A DNA stretch of 64,000 nt from Nitrospirota bacterium (GTDB lineage Bacteria; Nitrospirota; Nitrospiria; 2-01-FULL-66-17): the NCBI GenBank assembly GCA_049325335.1, contig JBMOMC010000007.1:224001-288000 (forward strand). The letters run 5' to 3'. The notes beneath the pieces are model-generated. The model worked only from the letters and a program-made list of their open reading frames with translations, had not been told where the DNA came from and ran no database searches. Positions within the stretch are counted from its first letter, which is position 1, and the number at the start of each line of letters is the position of its first letter. A program made the translations under genes and the position numbers. Positions 32,001 to 42,498 of this stretch are shown here, one piece after another.

Positions 32001-33152
32001 TCAGCGTGATGCGGTCGCGCGTACCACCTCGTCGGGAGTATTCATACTGTGAACCGCGCGTCGCAGCGCATCGGGGAGCACCACCTGCTCCCACCGGGAG
32101 CGTCGCACCGCGCCGCGAAGCCCCAGCCGTCCCTGTTCCAACGCGGCGCGCGCAACCGATACCCAGGCCGCGGGAAAGTATCCCGGAAGCGGGTCGAGAT
32201 CGACTCCGTTCTCCCCGCGCAGAAAACAGGGGATGTCCGGGTCCGGCGGGCTCAGCAACAATCGGAGCATCTCGGGTGTGAGAAGGGGCTGGTCGCACCC
32301 GGCCACGAGATAGCGATCGGCCAGCCCGCTCGACAGCAGTGTTTCGATGCCTCCCAACGGGCCCTGGTCGGCCCGTCGATCGTCCATCCGAATGATGGGC
32401 GGCTCAGGGACCCACCCCCGACACGCGCCCACGATCACCACCTGAGGGCAGACCGCCTGCATCGCCTCAATCACGTGTTCGATCATGGGACGCCCGTCCC
32501 ACAACCGCACGCCCTCTTTAGGACGCCCCATCCGACGACTGTGGCCGCCCGCGAGGATGGCGCCGATCACGCGAGGAAGAACTCGAATCGACTCGCCGAC
32601 CCGCAACGTGCCCTCGGTCACCACCCGCGCCATGTACCCGAACCGGCCCTGGACCACGGTCTTTAAGTCCGGATGGATCGCATCGAGCACGAAACAGGGC
32701 TTGCGCGGCTCAACGAGTTCGATCTCGACCCCGCCGGAAAACCGCACCCGCATCCCGGGCGTCAGCGCGAGCAAACCGAGCCCGCGCACCGTGAGGTTCT
32801 CCCCCATCACGCCCGGCCCCACCGTGTATCCCTCGCGCCGGATCTGAGCGATGACTTCTTCTTCAATGAGCGAGATCGCGCGCGTGGGTTTGACGTGTTT
32901 GGCATGCGCCCGCCCGTCTCCCCGGATGCCGTCCGATGTCACCTCGGCCGCCGAGATCGACAGCTTGGGGATGCCGCCCGGTGAAATGTTGATCGAGGTG
33001 ACGGTGGGGGGAGAGGGAGAGCCGGGGGTGGGGAGAAAGGGCGATAAAGATTCCGCGCTCTCTCCCCGGTTCCCCGGTTCGCCGGCTCTCCGGTTCGCAG
33101 TTTCCCCCGGTTCCCCGGTTCTCCCACTCTCCGGTTCGTTATTAATGCTCAC
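32001..33152 (-). CDS. mobA: MOSC domain fused to molybdenum cofactor guanylyltransferase (MobA)
   Basis: MOSC motifs GENLTV and PRKPC, then ILAGGHSRRMGRPK, GPLGGI and CDQP; probable GTG start at 33152. Confidence 0.8.
   Translation of the reverse strand: MSINNEPESGRTGEPGETANRRAGEPGNRGESAESLSPFLPTPGSPSPPTVTSINISPGGIPKLSISAAEVTSDGIRGDGRAHAKHVKPTRAISLIEEEVIAQIRREGYTVGPGVMGENLTVRGLGLLALTPGMRVRFSGGVEIELVEPRKPCFVLDAIHPDLKTVVQGRFGYMARVVTEGTLRVGESIRVLPRVIGAILAGGHSRRMGRPKEGVRLWDGRPMIEHVIEAMQAVCPQVVIVGACRGWVPEPPIIRMDDRRADQGPLGGIETLLSSGLADRYLVAGCDQPLLTPEMLRLLLSPPDPDIPCFLRGENGVDLDPLPGYFPAAWVSVARAALEQGRLGLRGAVRRSRWEQVVLPDALRRAVHSMNTPDEVVRATASR
33064..33138. repeat. Degenerate 8-bp tandem repeat (CCCCGGTT)
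   Basis: About 9 units such as CCCCGGTT, CGCCGGCT and CTCCGGTT; a related short array lies at about 15383-15414. Confidence 0.7.
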
Positions 33153-34986
33153 TCGGCACCACTCCCACCTGCGGTAGCTCGGCCAGGCCGCTGACCCGCG
33201 CGTGTGTTTCAAACACTTTGTTGCCCCAAAAAAACGCGCCGGGATGGGTGGTGGGGACCACCACCACGTAAAACATGGCGCGCCCGACCAGCTCGTGGAC
33301 GATCGCGGCCAGCCAGATCGCGGCCCACGCCGCCGCAAGCCATGGGGCCGGCGCACCCGGATCGCCCACGGCCATGAGGGTGACGGCTGAGATCACCAAC
33401 AACGTCCAACTGACCCAGCGCGCGACATAGGTCTTGCCGTACGTGGTGAGCATGAGTCGACGCGACACCGCGGCTTCGTCCCCCCGTTGGTTCAAGAACC
33501 GCAGATGCGCGGCCAGGGAAATACCCTGCAACGCGAGTCCGGCCAGCAGCGCCGCAGCCGCCTGGTCCGAGACCGGAAACGGCGAGCGCCCCGCCATCAC
33601 CTCCGCCAGGCAGAACACCATGCCGACCGTGGCGCTGCCCAAAATCACGACGCTCGACGCGAACGCCCCGCCCGCGTGCCAGTGATCCCAAAACGGCCTG
33701 GCTTTGATGCGATAACACCGGATCATGCTGTAGAGGCCCAGCCCTCCGGCCACGACGCCGCTCCATCCCAACAGCGAGGGCGCGCGATCGGCGATCCCAG
33801 CGGGCAACCACGCGATCAGCCCTGGAAACGTGACAACGACCGCCAGCGCTCCGAGCAGATGGTAGAACGCGCCCATGAAGAAAATTTCCCGGCTCACCCA
33901 CGAGTGTCGCAGGTTGTTCATGGCGCGATAGAAATATTGCGGCTTGCCCAAGTGCAGGGTGGACATCACCATGCCCAGCGTCTGCAGCCCGAACAGTCCC
34001 CAGAGCGTGGCGGCAACCGCGATCGGATGCGCGGTCGGGGACAGCACCGCGCCACCCTCCCCGCCCAACCACGGCCCCAACACGATCCACATCAACGCGC
34101 CCACCACGGCCTGCGACAGCAGCGTGAACACGACCAAGGGGTCCTCGCGCGAGCGGAGCTTGGCCAGCCCCCACTCCGCGGGCGCCGGCGATCCGCCCGG
34201 GGCCACGGTGAAATGGTCTCCGCCCGGCTGATCCCGTCGGTACGCGATGGGTTCGCCGTCCGCGCGACGGAATTCGCCGGGAAGCGATCGGGTTTGCTGG
34301 AAACGGATATTCGGCTGCGAGATCGTCGGATCGGGAAATCCTGGGATCGCAAGTTTGGCCTGCTGTTTTCCCTGCGGGATGTCTTCGATCACCCCAAAGT
34401 CCAGCGCGTTGGACAGACAGGCCGACACACACGCGGGTTTGAGGCCGATCTCCAGCCGGTCCACGCACATGTTGCACTTCTCGACCTGACCCTTCACCGG
34501 GTCCAGTTGCGGCGCGTTGTAGGGACACACCCAGGTGCAGTACCCGCAGCCGAAACAGATATCCGGATCCTGCAGCACCGCGCCGTACTCCACATATTTG
34601 GTGTACGCGAGCGTGGGACACCCCTTGAGGCACACCGGGTTCTCGCAGTGATTGCAGGCCATCGAGATGTTCAACCGCAGCACGTCCGGATACGATCCGC
34701 CCTCCAGGTACCCCACCTTGCGAAACGAGAGGTGCGCGGGCAGATTGTTTTTCTCGGAACAGGCGGACTCACACGCGTGGCAGGCGATACAATTATCCGC
34801 GGTGAAGTGAAACCCGTGCTGCAAATACCGGTCGGGATTGGACGATGCTCCGCCGCAGCCGTTGATGGTCAGCGGTTGCCCGACCAGATCGGGATAGGTC
34901 TGGGCCAGATCCACGAGGGTTCCGTGTTGGCTGACGTTCCCCCCCCCCTCTTCCCCTCTCCCCCTCTCCGATTCGATTATCTTCAA
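33142..34986 (-). CDS. 4Fe-4S dicluster (DmsB-like) fused to a DmsC-like membrane anchor
   Basis: CIACHACESAC, CNHC..C..GCP, CFGCGYCTWVCP, CNMC..PACVSAC, then PLVVFTLL, HLGKP, SWVSRE, ELVGRAMFY. Confidence 0.88.
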   Translation of the reverse strand: MKIIESERGRGEEGGGNVSQHGTLVDLAQTYPDLVGQPLTINGCGGASSNPDRYLQHGFHFTADNCIACHACESACSEKNNLPAHLSFRKVGYLEGGSYPDVLRLNISMACNHCENPVCLKGCPTLAYTKYVEYGAVLQDPDICFGCGYCTWVCPYNAPQLDPVKGQVEKCNMCVDRLEIGLKPACVSACLSNALDFGVIEDIPQGKQQAKLAIPGFPDPTISQPNIRFQQTRSLPGEFRRADGEPIAYRRDQPGGDHFTVAPGGSPAPAEWGLAKLRSREDPLVVFTLLSQAVVGALMWIVLGPWLGGEGGAVLSPTAHPIAVAATLWGLFGLQTLGMVMSTLHLGKPQYFYRAMNNLRHSWVSREIFFMGAFYHLLGALAVVVTFPGLIAWLPAGIADRAPSLLGWSGVVAGGLGLYSMIRCYRIKARPFWDHWHAGGAFASSVVILGSATVGMVFCLAEVMAGRSPFPVSDQAAAALLAGLALQGISLAAHLRFLNQRGDEAAVSRRLMLTTYGKTYVARWVSWTLLVISAVTLMAVGDPGAPAPWLAAAWAAIWLAAIVHELVGRAMFYVVVVPTTHPGAFFWGNKVFETHARVSGLAELPQVGVVPSEH

Positions 34987-37163
34987 TAGGACCTCGCCCG
35001 CAAGTTGGCCGCTGCCGCGGCATCCTGATCCTGAATTTTCTCAATCCGCACCGCGGACTGCTTGTACGCGGGCTGGCGGGAATACGGATCGAGCAGGCCG
35101 AGCGCGAGCCGGTTCACGCAATCGTAGTAATGCATGGGAATGAACACCGCGTTGGGCGCCACGCGCTCGGTGAGTTGGGCCATGACCACGGCGTCCGAAC
35201 GGCGCGAAACGACCCGCACGTACTCCAGGGATCGGATGCCCAGGCGTTCGGCCGCGCTGGGATTAATTTCCATGTACGGCGTGGGGCTGAATTTGTTGAG
35301 GTTCCCGATCTTGCCGGTCTTGGTGCGTGTGTGCCAGTGCTCGACCACCCGTCCGCTATTGAGCCAGAACGGATACTGCTCGTCCGGCCGCTCGTTGTTG
35401 TCCACGAACGGCAAAGGAATCAGTTTGGCCTTGCCGTCGGGATGATGGAAGCGGCCGTCGGTATATAACCGCGGCGAGCCGGTGGGAGCGGTGTCGTTGC
35501 ACGGCCACTGAATCCCGCGCTGCTTCTCGATCGAGTCGTGGGTCATGCCGGAATAATCACAAGGGCGCCCCTTGGACACCGCGCGCAACTCGTCGAACAC
35601 CTCGCCCGGCACGTCCGAAAACTTCAGGGAACGGCCCGCCTCAAAGCGTCGGGCGAGATTCGCGAAGATCCACAAATCGGGTTTGGCCGCTCCGGGCGGC
35701 TCGATCGCCTTGCGCACGATGTTCACGCGGCGTTCGGTGTTGGTGAACACGCCCTCCTTTTCCCCCCACATGGCCGCGGGCAAATACACGTGCGCGTAGT
35801 TCACGGTCTCCACATCCGCGTACGCGTCCTGCACCACGAGGAATTCCAACTTCTCCAGGGTCTTACGGATGCGGGAGGTGTTCGGCATGGAGGTCATGGG
35901 GTTGGTCGCGATCAGCCACAACCCTTTGATCGCGCCGGTCTCGATGGCCGGGAAAATATCGGTCTGGAACAGTCCCCGCTTAGGAGGGAAGAATGCCTTG
36001 TCCACGCCCCAGAACTCGGCCATAAACTCGCGGTCCGCGGCTTTCTCCAACTGACGGTAACCGGGCAAGCCGGAGCAGGACGAGAATTCGCGAGTGCCCA
36101 TGGCGTTGCACTGCCCGGTGATGGACAACGAGGTGCCGCCGGGCTTGCCGATGTTCCCGGTGATCAAGTTGAGATTGTTGATCGCGGCCACGCCGTCCGA
36201 TCCGTGCGTGGACTGGTTGATCCCCATGGTCCAAATGGTCATGGCCGCGCCGGCCTTGGCATACACGCGCGCCACGGTGCGAATGGTGTCTTCGTCGATG
36301 CCGCAGATCTTGGACGCGGTCACGGGATCGTATTGCTCCACCAGCGCAGCCCACTCGGCAAAACCAGTGGTGTGCGCCTCGATATAGGCGCGATCTTCCA
36401 GGCCCTCCGTGAGAATCACGTGCGCCAGGCTATTCAGCAGCACCAGGTCCGTGCCGGGCGTGATCGGCAGGTGAATGTCGGCCATTTGCGCAAATACCGT
36501 CACGCGCGGGTCCACCACGATGATCGGAAACTTGCGGCGATCGAGTGCGTCCTTCAAGCGCCACCAAATGACGGGGTGTTGTTCGGGCAGATTGGACCCG
36601 ATCGCCAGCAGGCATTCGGTGTGCGCGAAGTCGTCGTAACAGCCGGGCGGCCCGTCGCTGCCGAAGGAGCGTTTGTAGCCCGACACCGCGGAGGCCATAC
36701 AGAGCGTGGTGTTGCCGTCGTAGTTGTTGGTCCCGATCACACCGCGCACCAGTTTGCCCAGCGTGTAGAATTCTTCCGTGAGAATCTGGCCGGTGGAGAC
36801 CACTGCGAAACTGTCGCGGCCATAGGCGGCCTGAATCCGCGTGATCTCGGCGGCCGTGTGATCCAGCGCCTCATCCCAACCGGCCTGACGGTAGGCCTCG
36901 AACGGTGCCCGGCGCATCAACGGGGTCTTGCCCCGGTTGGACGACGCGAACAGTTCGAACTCGAAGATCCCTTTCAAACACAGTTTGCCCCGGTTCACGT
37001 CCGCGTTCGACGCGCCGCGGGCTGACACGGCCTTGCCGTGTTTGTCCACCCCCACTTCGATCGAACAGCCGGTTGAGCAATAGCCGCAGGTCGTGTACAC
37101 CCAGCGGTCAACGGGTTTCACCGCGAGCGTGATTGGGGTTTTCTTGCGGCGTCCGAACAGCAC
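34983..37163 (-). CDS. nasA: Assimilatory-type nitrate reductase catalytic subunit
   Basis: CGYCSTGC..LCLKG, NTTLCMASA, GSDGPPGCYDD, TGQCNAMG, TNTERR; no Tat h-region. Confidence 0.88.
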   Translation of the reverse strand: MLFGRRKKTPITLAVKPVDRWVYTTCGYCSTGCSIEVGVDKHGKAVSARGASNADVNRGKLCLKGIFEFELFASSNRGKTPLMRRAPFEAYRQAGWDEALDHTAAEITRIQAAYGRDSFAVVSTGQILTEEFYTLGKLVRGVIGTNNYDGNTTLCMASAVSGYKRSFGSDGPPGCYDDFAHTECLLAIGSNLPEQHPVIWWRLKDALDRRKFPIIVVDPRVTVFAQMADIHLPITPGTDLVLLNSLAHVILTEGLEDRAYIEAHTTGFAEWAALVEQYDPVTASKICGIDEDTIRTVARVYAKAGAAMTIWTMGINQSTHGSDGVAAINNLNLITGNIGKPGGTSLSITGQCNAMGTREFSSCSGLPGYRQLEKAADREFMAEFWGVDKAFFPPKRGLFQTDIFPAIETGAIKGLWLIATNPMTSMPNTSRIRKTLEKLEFLVVQDAYADVETVNYAHVYLPAAMWGEKEGVFTNTERRVNIVRKAIEPPGAAKPDLWIFANLARRFEAGRSLKFSDVPGEVFDELRAVSKGRPCDYSGMTHDSIEKQRGIQWPCNDTAPTGSPRLYTDGRFHHPDGKAKLIPLPFVDNNERPDEQYPFWLNSGRVVEHWHTRTKTGKIGNLNKFSPTPYMEINPSAAERLGIRSLEYVRVVSRRSDAVVMAQLTERVAPNAVFIPMHYYDCVNRLALGLLDPYSRQPAYKQSAVRIEKIQDQDAAAAANLRARSY

Positions 37164-37197
37164 GTCAGTCGAGCACTCCGGTCACGCGGATCTCATA

Positions 37198-37213
37198 CGC
37201 AAGAGCGATGCCA
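37198..37213 (-). promoter_or_regulatory. Sigma54 promoter for the nasA operon
   Basis: Minus strand TGGCAT-CGCTC-TTGCG. Confidence 0.8.
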
Positions 37214-37263
37214 CCAACCCCGCCCGGAAACACCGCGGAAATACGCGTGGGATGAACCGTTGT

Positions 37264-37298
37264 CGACAGAAATGTCGGACCGACCAACAGGAATGTCG
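37264..37298. promoter_or_regulatory. CGACA-N4-TGTCG enhancer-like sites
   Basis: CGACAGAAATGTCG (37264-37277) and CAACAGGAATGTCG (37285-37298). Confidence 0.7.
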
Positions 37299-37348
37299 AG
37301 TCGAGTGGTGAGCCGGAAGAAGGAGCGAGGATCGCGAGAACCACGGTT

Positions 37349-37372
37349 GTAGGGGCGTACGGCCGTACGCCC
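37349..37372. repeat. GTAG-family REP element
   Basis: GTAGGGGCGTACGGCCGTACGCCC; further copies at 39116 and 46003. Confidence 0.75.
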
Positions 37373-37377
37373 AGACG

Positions 37378-39084
37378 CTATCGCGTCAGCAGCGCCAGCA
37401 GCGCCAGCGCCAACAGCGCGGACACGACTTGCCAGAACCGCACCGGGTTTCGATGATACAGGGGCACTCGGTCAGGCGTGCGTTTAGCGCCTTGAACCAG
37501 GCCGTTTTCCAGTTCGAACGCCATCTCCATGGCGTCTGCGAAGCGCTGCGCCTTGTCAACGGCCGTGGCTTTGGCCAGCACCACATCCAGCCACGCCGGG
37601 AGATCCGGCCGGTGGTGGGTGAGCGACGTCCGCTTGGTAAAACGAGGACGTGAGAACGCCTCCACTTCGCCATACGGGTACGCGCCGCTGAACAGGCGAT
37701 ACAGCGTCACGCCCAGCGCGTACACGTCGGATTGTTCGTCACCCGCCTCGCCGGCAAACAGCTCCGGCGCCATGAAACTGGGCGTGCCCGGGATCTCCTC
37801 CGACGGCGTATCCTGGATCCCCGGCAACCGCGCGACCCCTAGGTCCAGGAGTTTTAACCCGCCGTCCGGTTGCACCAGCACGTTGTCGGGTTTGACGTCT
37901 CGGTGGATGATCCTCAGACGGTTCAACCCGTACACGGCCTTGGCCAGCGCGATGCCGAGCCGCACGCCTTCTTCCAGCGAGATCGCGGGCCCGCGCGCCA
38001 ACCGTGATTCCAGGGTCTCACCCTCGTAAAACGGCATCACCGCGTACAAACGCGTCCTGCGGCCCGGCGGCAACTCGATCACTTCGCCGATCCACGGGCT
38101 CGTCACCCGCGAGGCGATCCAGGCCTCGCGCACGAATGCGCGACGGTAAGACGCCTCGCCCTCGACCCGGGGATGGGGAAACTTGAGCGCCACGTCACGC
38201 CCATCAAGGGTGTCTTTGGCCCGGAACAGGCGACTGTACCGGCCGTTCGAAACCACCCCACCCAGCAAGAACCCGTCGATCAGGTCGCCGGACTTCGGCA
38301 GGTCGGCGATGGGCAATGTCTCGATCGCGCCTTCGAATTCGGCCTCGTCCGCGGCGGGCAACCCTACGACGTCCACCACCAGCGCCGTGGCATTGTCCTG
38401 GCTGCCCGCGTCCAACGCCGCGCGCACTAATCGTTCGGCGCTCTCTTGCGGCGACGTCCGCTCGGCCACGATCCCCTGGATCGCGCGATCCGACAGAACC
38501 GCGTGTACGCCGTCGCTGCACAACACGAACCGGTCGTGCAACTTGATCCCGTCCGCGGCGTAATCCGCGCGCAGCAACGCTTCGATGCCCACGGCGCGGT
38601 ACAACACGTGACGGAGATCCGGACGACTGTGGGTGTGGTCCGTGGTCAGCCGGGTCAACCGGTTGTCACGGTATCGATAGATCCGGCTGTCGCCGACGTG
38701 GATAGTGTGCACCTGACGACCTCGGAGCACCACGGCGCTGAATGTGGTGGCCATGTGCTCCAACGCGGGATCCTGCCGCCCCTGCGCAAACACCCACCGG
38801 TTCATGGCATCCAGTGCCCGACCCGCTGCGCGCTCCACCCCGAGCGTGTCCGGCAGACCGAAATACCCGTCGAGAAATCCGCGGACCGTGACCTCCGCGG
38901 CCTGACGCCCGCCGCACGCGCCGCCGATGCCGTCCGCCACCGCGAGCACGCACCCCTTCACGGCGCGCTGGTGCGCGTCACCAAGGTGCGAGCCCACGAA
39001 ATCCTCGTTGACCTCGCGTCGGCCGGTCTCGCTCACAGATCCGATGCGGATGTGCAACTCATCATGGGCTCCGGCAGGAATCAT
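37378..39084 (-). CDS. Bifunctional PP2C phosphatase / Ser-Thr kinase with C-terminal TM
   Basis: NEDF, VADGIGG, HVGDSR, LCSDG, DNAT; kinase motifs VALK, HRDVKPDN, DLG, GTPSFMAPE. Confidence 0.9.
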   Translation of the reverse strand: MIPAGAHDELHIRIGSVSETGRREVNEDFVGSHLGDAHQRAVKGCVLAVADGIGGACGGRQAAEVTVRGFLDGYFGLPDTLGVERAAGRALDAMNRWVFAQGRQDPALEHMATTFSAVVLRGRQVHTIHVGDSRIYRYRDNRLTRLTTDHTHSRPDLRHVLYRAVGIEALLRADYAADGIKLHDRFVLCSDGVHAVLSDRAIQGIVAERTSPQESAERLVRAALDAGSQDNATALVVDVVGLPAADEAEFEGAIETLPIADLPKSGDLIDGFLLGGVVSNGRYSRLFRAKDTLDGRDVALKFPHPRVEGEASYRRAFVREAWIASRVTSPWIGEVIELPPGRRTRLYAVMPFYEGETLESRLARGPAISLEEGVRLGIALAKAVYGLNRLRIIHRDVKPDNVLVQPDGGLKLLDLGVARLPGIQDTPSEEIPGTPSFMAPELFAGEAGDEQSDVYALGVTLYRLFSGAYPYGEVEAFSRPRFTKRTSLTHHRPDLPAWLDVVLAKATAVDKAQRFADAMEMAFELENGLVQGAKRTPDRVPLYHRNPVRFWQVVSALLALALLALLTR

Positions 39085-39115
39085 CGGCCCATTCTACATC
39101 CACGCGCCCACATGG

Positions 39116-39143
39116 GTAGGGGCGTACGGCCGTACGCCCCTAC
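39116..39143. repeat. GTAG-family REP element
   Basis: Perfect 28-bp palindrome GTAGGGGCGTACGGCCGTACGCCCCTAC. Confidence 0.8.
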
Positions 39144-39202
39144 GAAGACCGCAGGAAATGGACCCAGAGACAACGCCGCGATGTCCATGTATGGACAGGC
39201 TC

Positions 39203-40486
39203 TCACACGCGGGCCCCGGACACGGCTCCCCACGTTGTTCTCCAACGGGCCTTCACGAGCACCAATCCGACGAGACCAACGAGCGCGAGCCCGGCAAATA
39301 TCAGGAACCCCAAGGCAAAATCCCCGGTCAACCCCTTGGACCATCCGAGCGCTCGGGCCAAGACGAATCCCCCGAGCCCGCCGGCCGCCCCAACCAGTCC
39401 GGTCATTACGCCCATCTCCCGGCGAAAACGTAACGGCACCAACTGAAACACCGATCCGTTCCCCATCCCCAACGCCATGGCCCCGACAAAAAAGATCGCC
39501 ACCGCGGCCCAGGCCGCTCCGGGCAGATCGAGCAGACTCCACCCCGCCACCTTGGCGAGCGCGACGGACTCCGCGGCGGGCGACGGCCCCTCGGGCAGAA
39601 ACGCCACGGCCAGATACATGAGCGAGACCACGCCAAAGAGCGTTTGCAGGGTCCGGATGCCTCCCAGGCGATCGGCCAACCACCCGCCCACCGGCCTGAA
39701 CAGGGACCCCGCGAACACCACGATGGCGACCATAAGACCAGCGGCGATCCCGGACGCGTGATACCACTGGGTGAAGTAGAGCGGGAGCGCGCTGCTCAGG
39801 CCCACGAATCCGCCGAACGTGATCGAGTAGAAGAACATGAACCACCACGTGTCCGGATCCTTGAGCACCCCGACGTAGTTTGACCACGTCACCGGCGCCG
39901 CCCGATCCGGCGCGTCCTTGGCCATCACGGCATAGAGCAGGAACACCACGGATGCGGGAATCAACAACGCCCCGAACACCGCCTGCCACCCGAAGCGCTC
40001 GGCCAGCCACGGCACGAACATGGAGTCCAGCACCACGCCCATGTTGCCGGCCGCGGCGATGCCCAGGACCATGCCTTGATACCGTGGGGGGTACCAGCGG
40101 CTCGCCTGCGGAAGCGCCACGGCAAAACTCGCCCCCGCGACCCCGAGGATGACCCCGAGCACCTCCACGTCCAGCTTGCCGTGCAAACCGACCAGCCAGG
40201 CGTAGGCCAACCCGGCCATGACCACGAGCTGACCCGCTTGCCCCGCGCGTTTGGGGCCGATCTGGTCGGCCAAAATTCCCAGGGGAATCCGCAACGCGGC
40301 GCCGAACAGGATCGGGATCGCCACGATGCCGAACTTTTCTTCAACGCTGAGCGTCAGGTCCTGGGAAATGTACAACGACAGTGGGCCGAGCACTACCCAG
40401 ACCATGAAACTGATGTCGAAATACAAAAAGGCCGACAACAGCGTCGGCCAATGCCCCGCGCGCGCAAACTCTTTGACATTCCACAC
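39203..40486 (-). CDS. narK: NarK/NNP-family MFS nitrate/nitrite transporter
   Basis: GHWPTLLSAFLYFD, GASFAVALP, AAAGNMG, GMGNGSVFQLVP. Confidence 0.9.
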   Translation of the reverse strand: MWNVKEFARAGHWPTLLSAFLYFDISFMVWVVLGPLSLYISQDLTLSVEEKFGIVAIPILFGAALRIPLGILADQIGPKRAGQAGQLVVMAGLAYAWLVGLHGKLDVEVLGVILGVAGASFAVALPQASRWYPPRYQGMVLGIAAAGNMGVVLDSMFVPWLAERFGWQAVFGALLIPASVVFLLYAVMAKDAPDRAAPVTWSNYVGVLKDPDTWWFMFFYSITFGGFVGLSSALPLYFTQWYHASGIAAGLMVAIVVFAGSLFRPVGGWLADRLGGIRTLQTLFGVVSLMYLAVAFLPEGPSPAAESVALAKVAGWSLLDLPGAAWAAVAIFFVGAMALGMGNGSVFQLVPLRFRREMGVMTGLVGAAGGLGGFVLARALGWSKGLTGDFALGFLIFAGLALVGLVGLVLVKARWRTTWGAVSGARV

Positions 40487-40515
40487 GGATCGCCTCCGGC
40501 CCGCCGTGGATACAA

Positions 40516-40531
40516 AGCAATCTCAATGCCA
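40516..40531 (-). promoter_or_regulatory. Sigma54 promoter for narK and the kinase gene
   Basis: Minus strand TGGCAT-TGAGA-TTGCT. Confidence 0.8.
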
Positions 40532-40569
40532 GGGCAATCGCGCGCACGAGGGGCGGGGGAGGGAACGTC

Positions 40570-40616
40570 TGACACAATCGTCGAACAGAAATGTCGCGCC
40601 CGCGACAAACTCGTCG
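40570..40616. promoter_or_regulatory. Three CGACA-N4-TGTCG-like sites
   Basis: TGACACAATCGTCG, GAACAGAAATGTCG, CGACAAACTCGTCG. Confidence 0.7.
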
Positions 40617-40636
40617 CGGTGGGCGACGCCGGTGGG

Positions 40637-42312
<1,676 letters not shown>

Positions 42313-42342
42313 CGGCGTGACTCCAGCGTGAGGGATACGGCT

Positions 42343-42397
42343 CGACAAAATCGTCGAACGTGGCGCGTATCCTGGCACAACCCGGGGTGCGGGTCAA
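42343..42397 (-). promoter_or_regulatory. Sigma70-like promoter with a downstream CGACA-N4-(T/C)GTCG site
   Basis: TTGACC (42397-42392), 17-nt spacer, CAGGAT (42374-42369) with an extended-10 TG; site CGACAAAATCGTCG at 42343-42356. Confidence 0.55.
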
Positions 42398-42498
42398 CAG
42401 GCAATTAAGTACGGTATACCGATTCGGCGATCCGCCTGCCCCGGCGCGCGGAAGCGTCCCGGGCCGGGCAGTCTCAATTGGACGGGACCCGCGGGAGA

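Noticed and set aside
33064..33138. Possible CRISPR array
   Set aside because: 8-bp degenerate tandem units without spacers; no cas genes in the window.
37119..37163. Tat signal (RR) implying a periplasmic NapA
   Set aside because: No hydrophobic h-region follows GRRKK; no napB or napD; the context is assimilatory.
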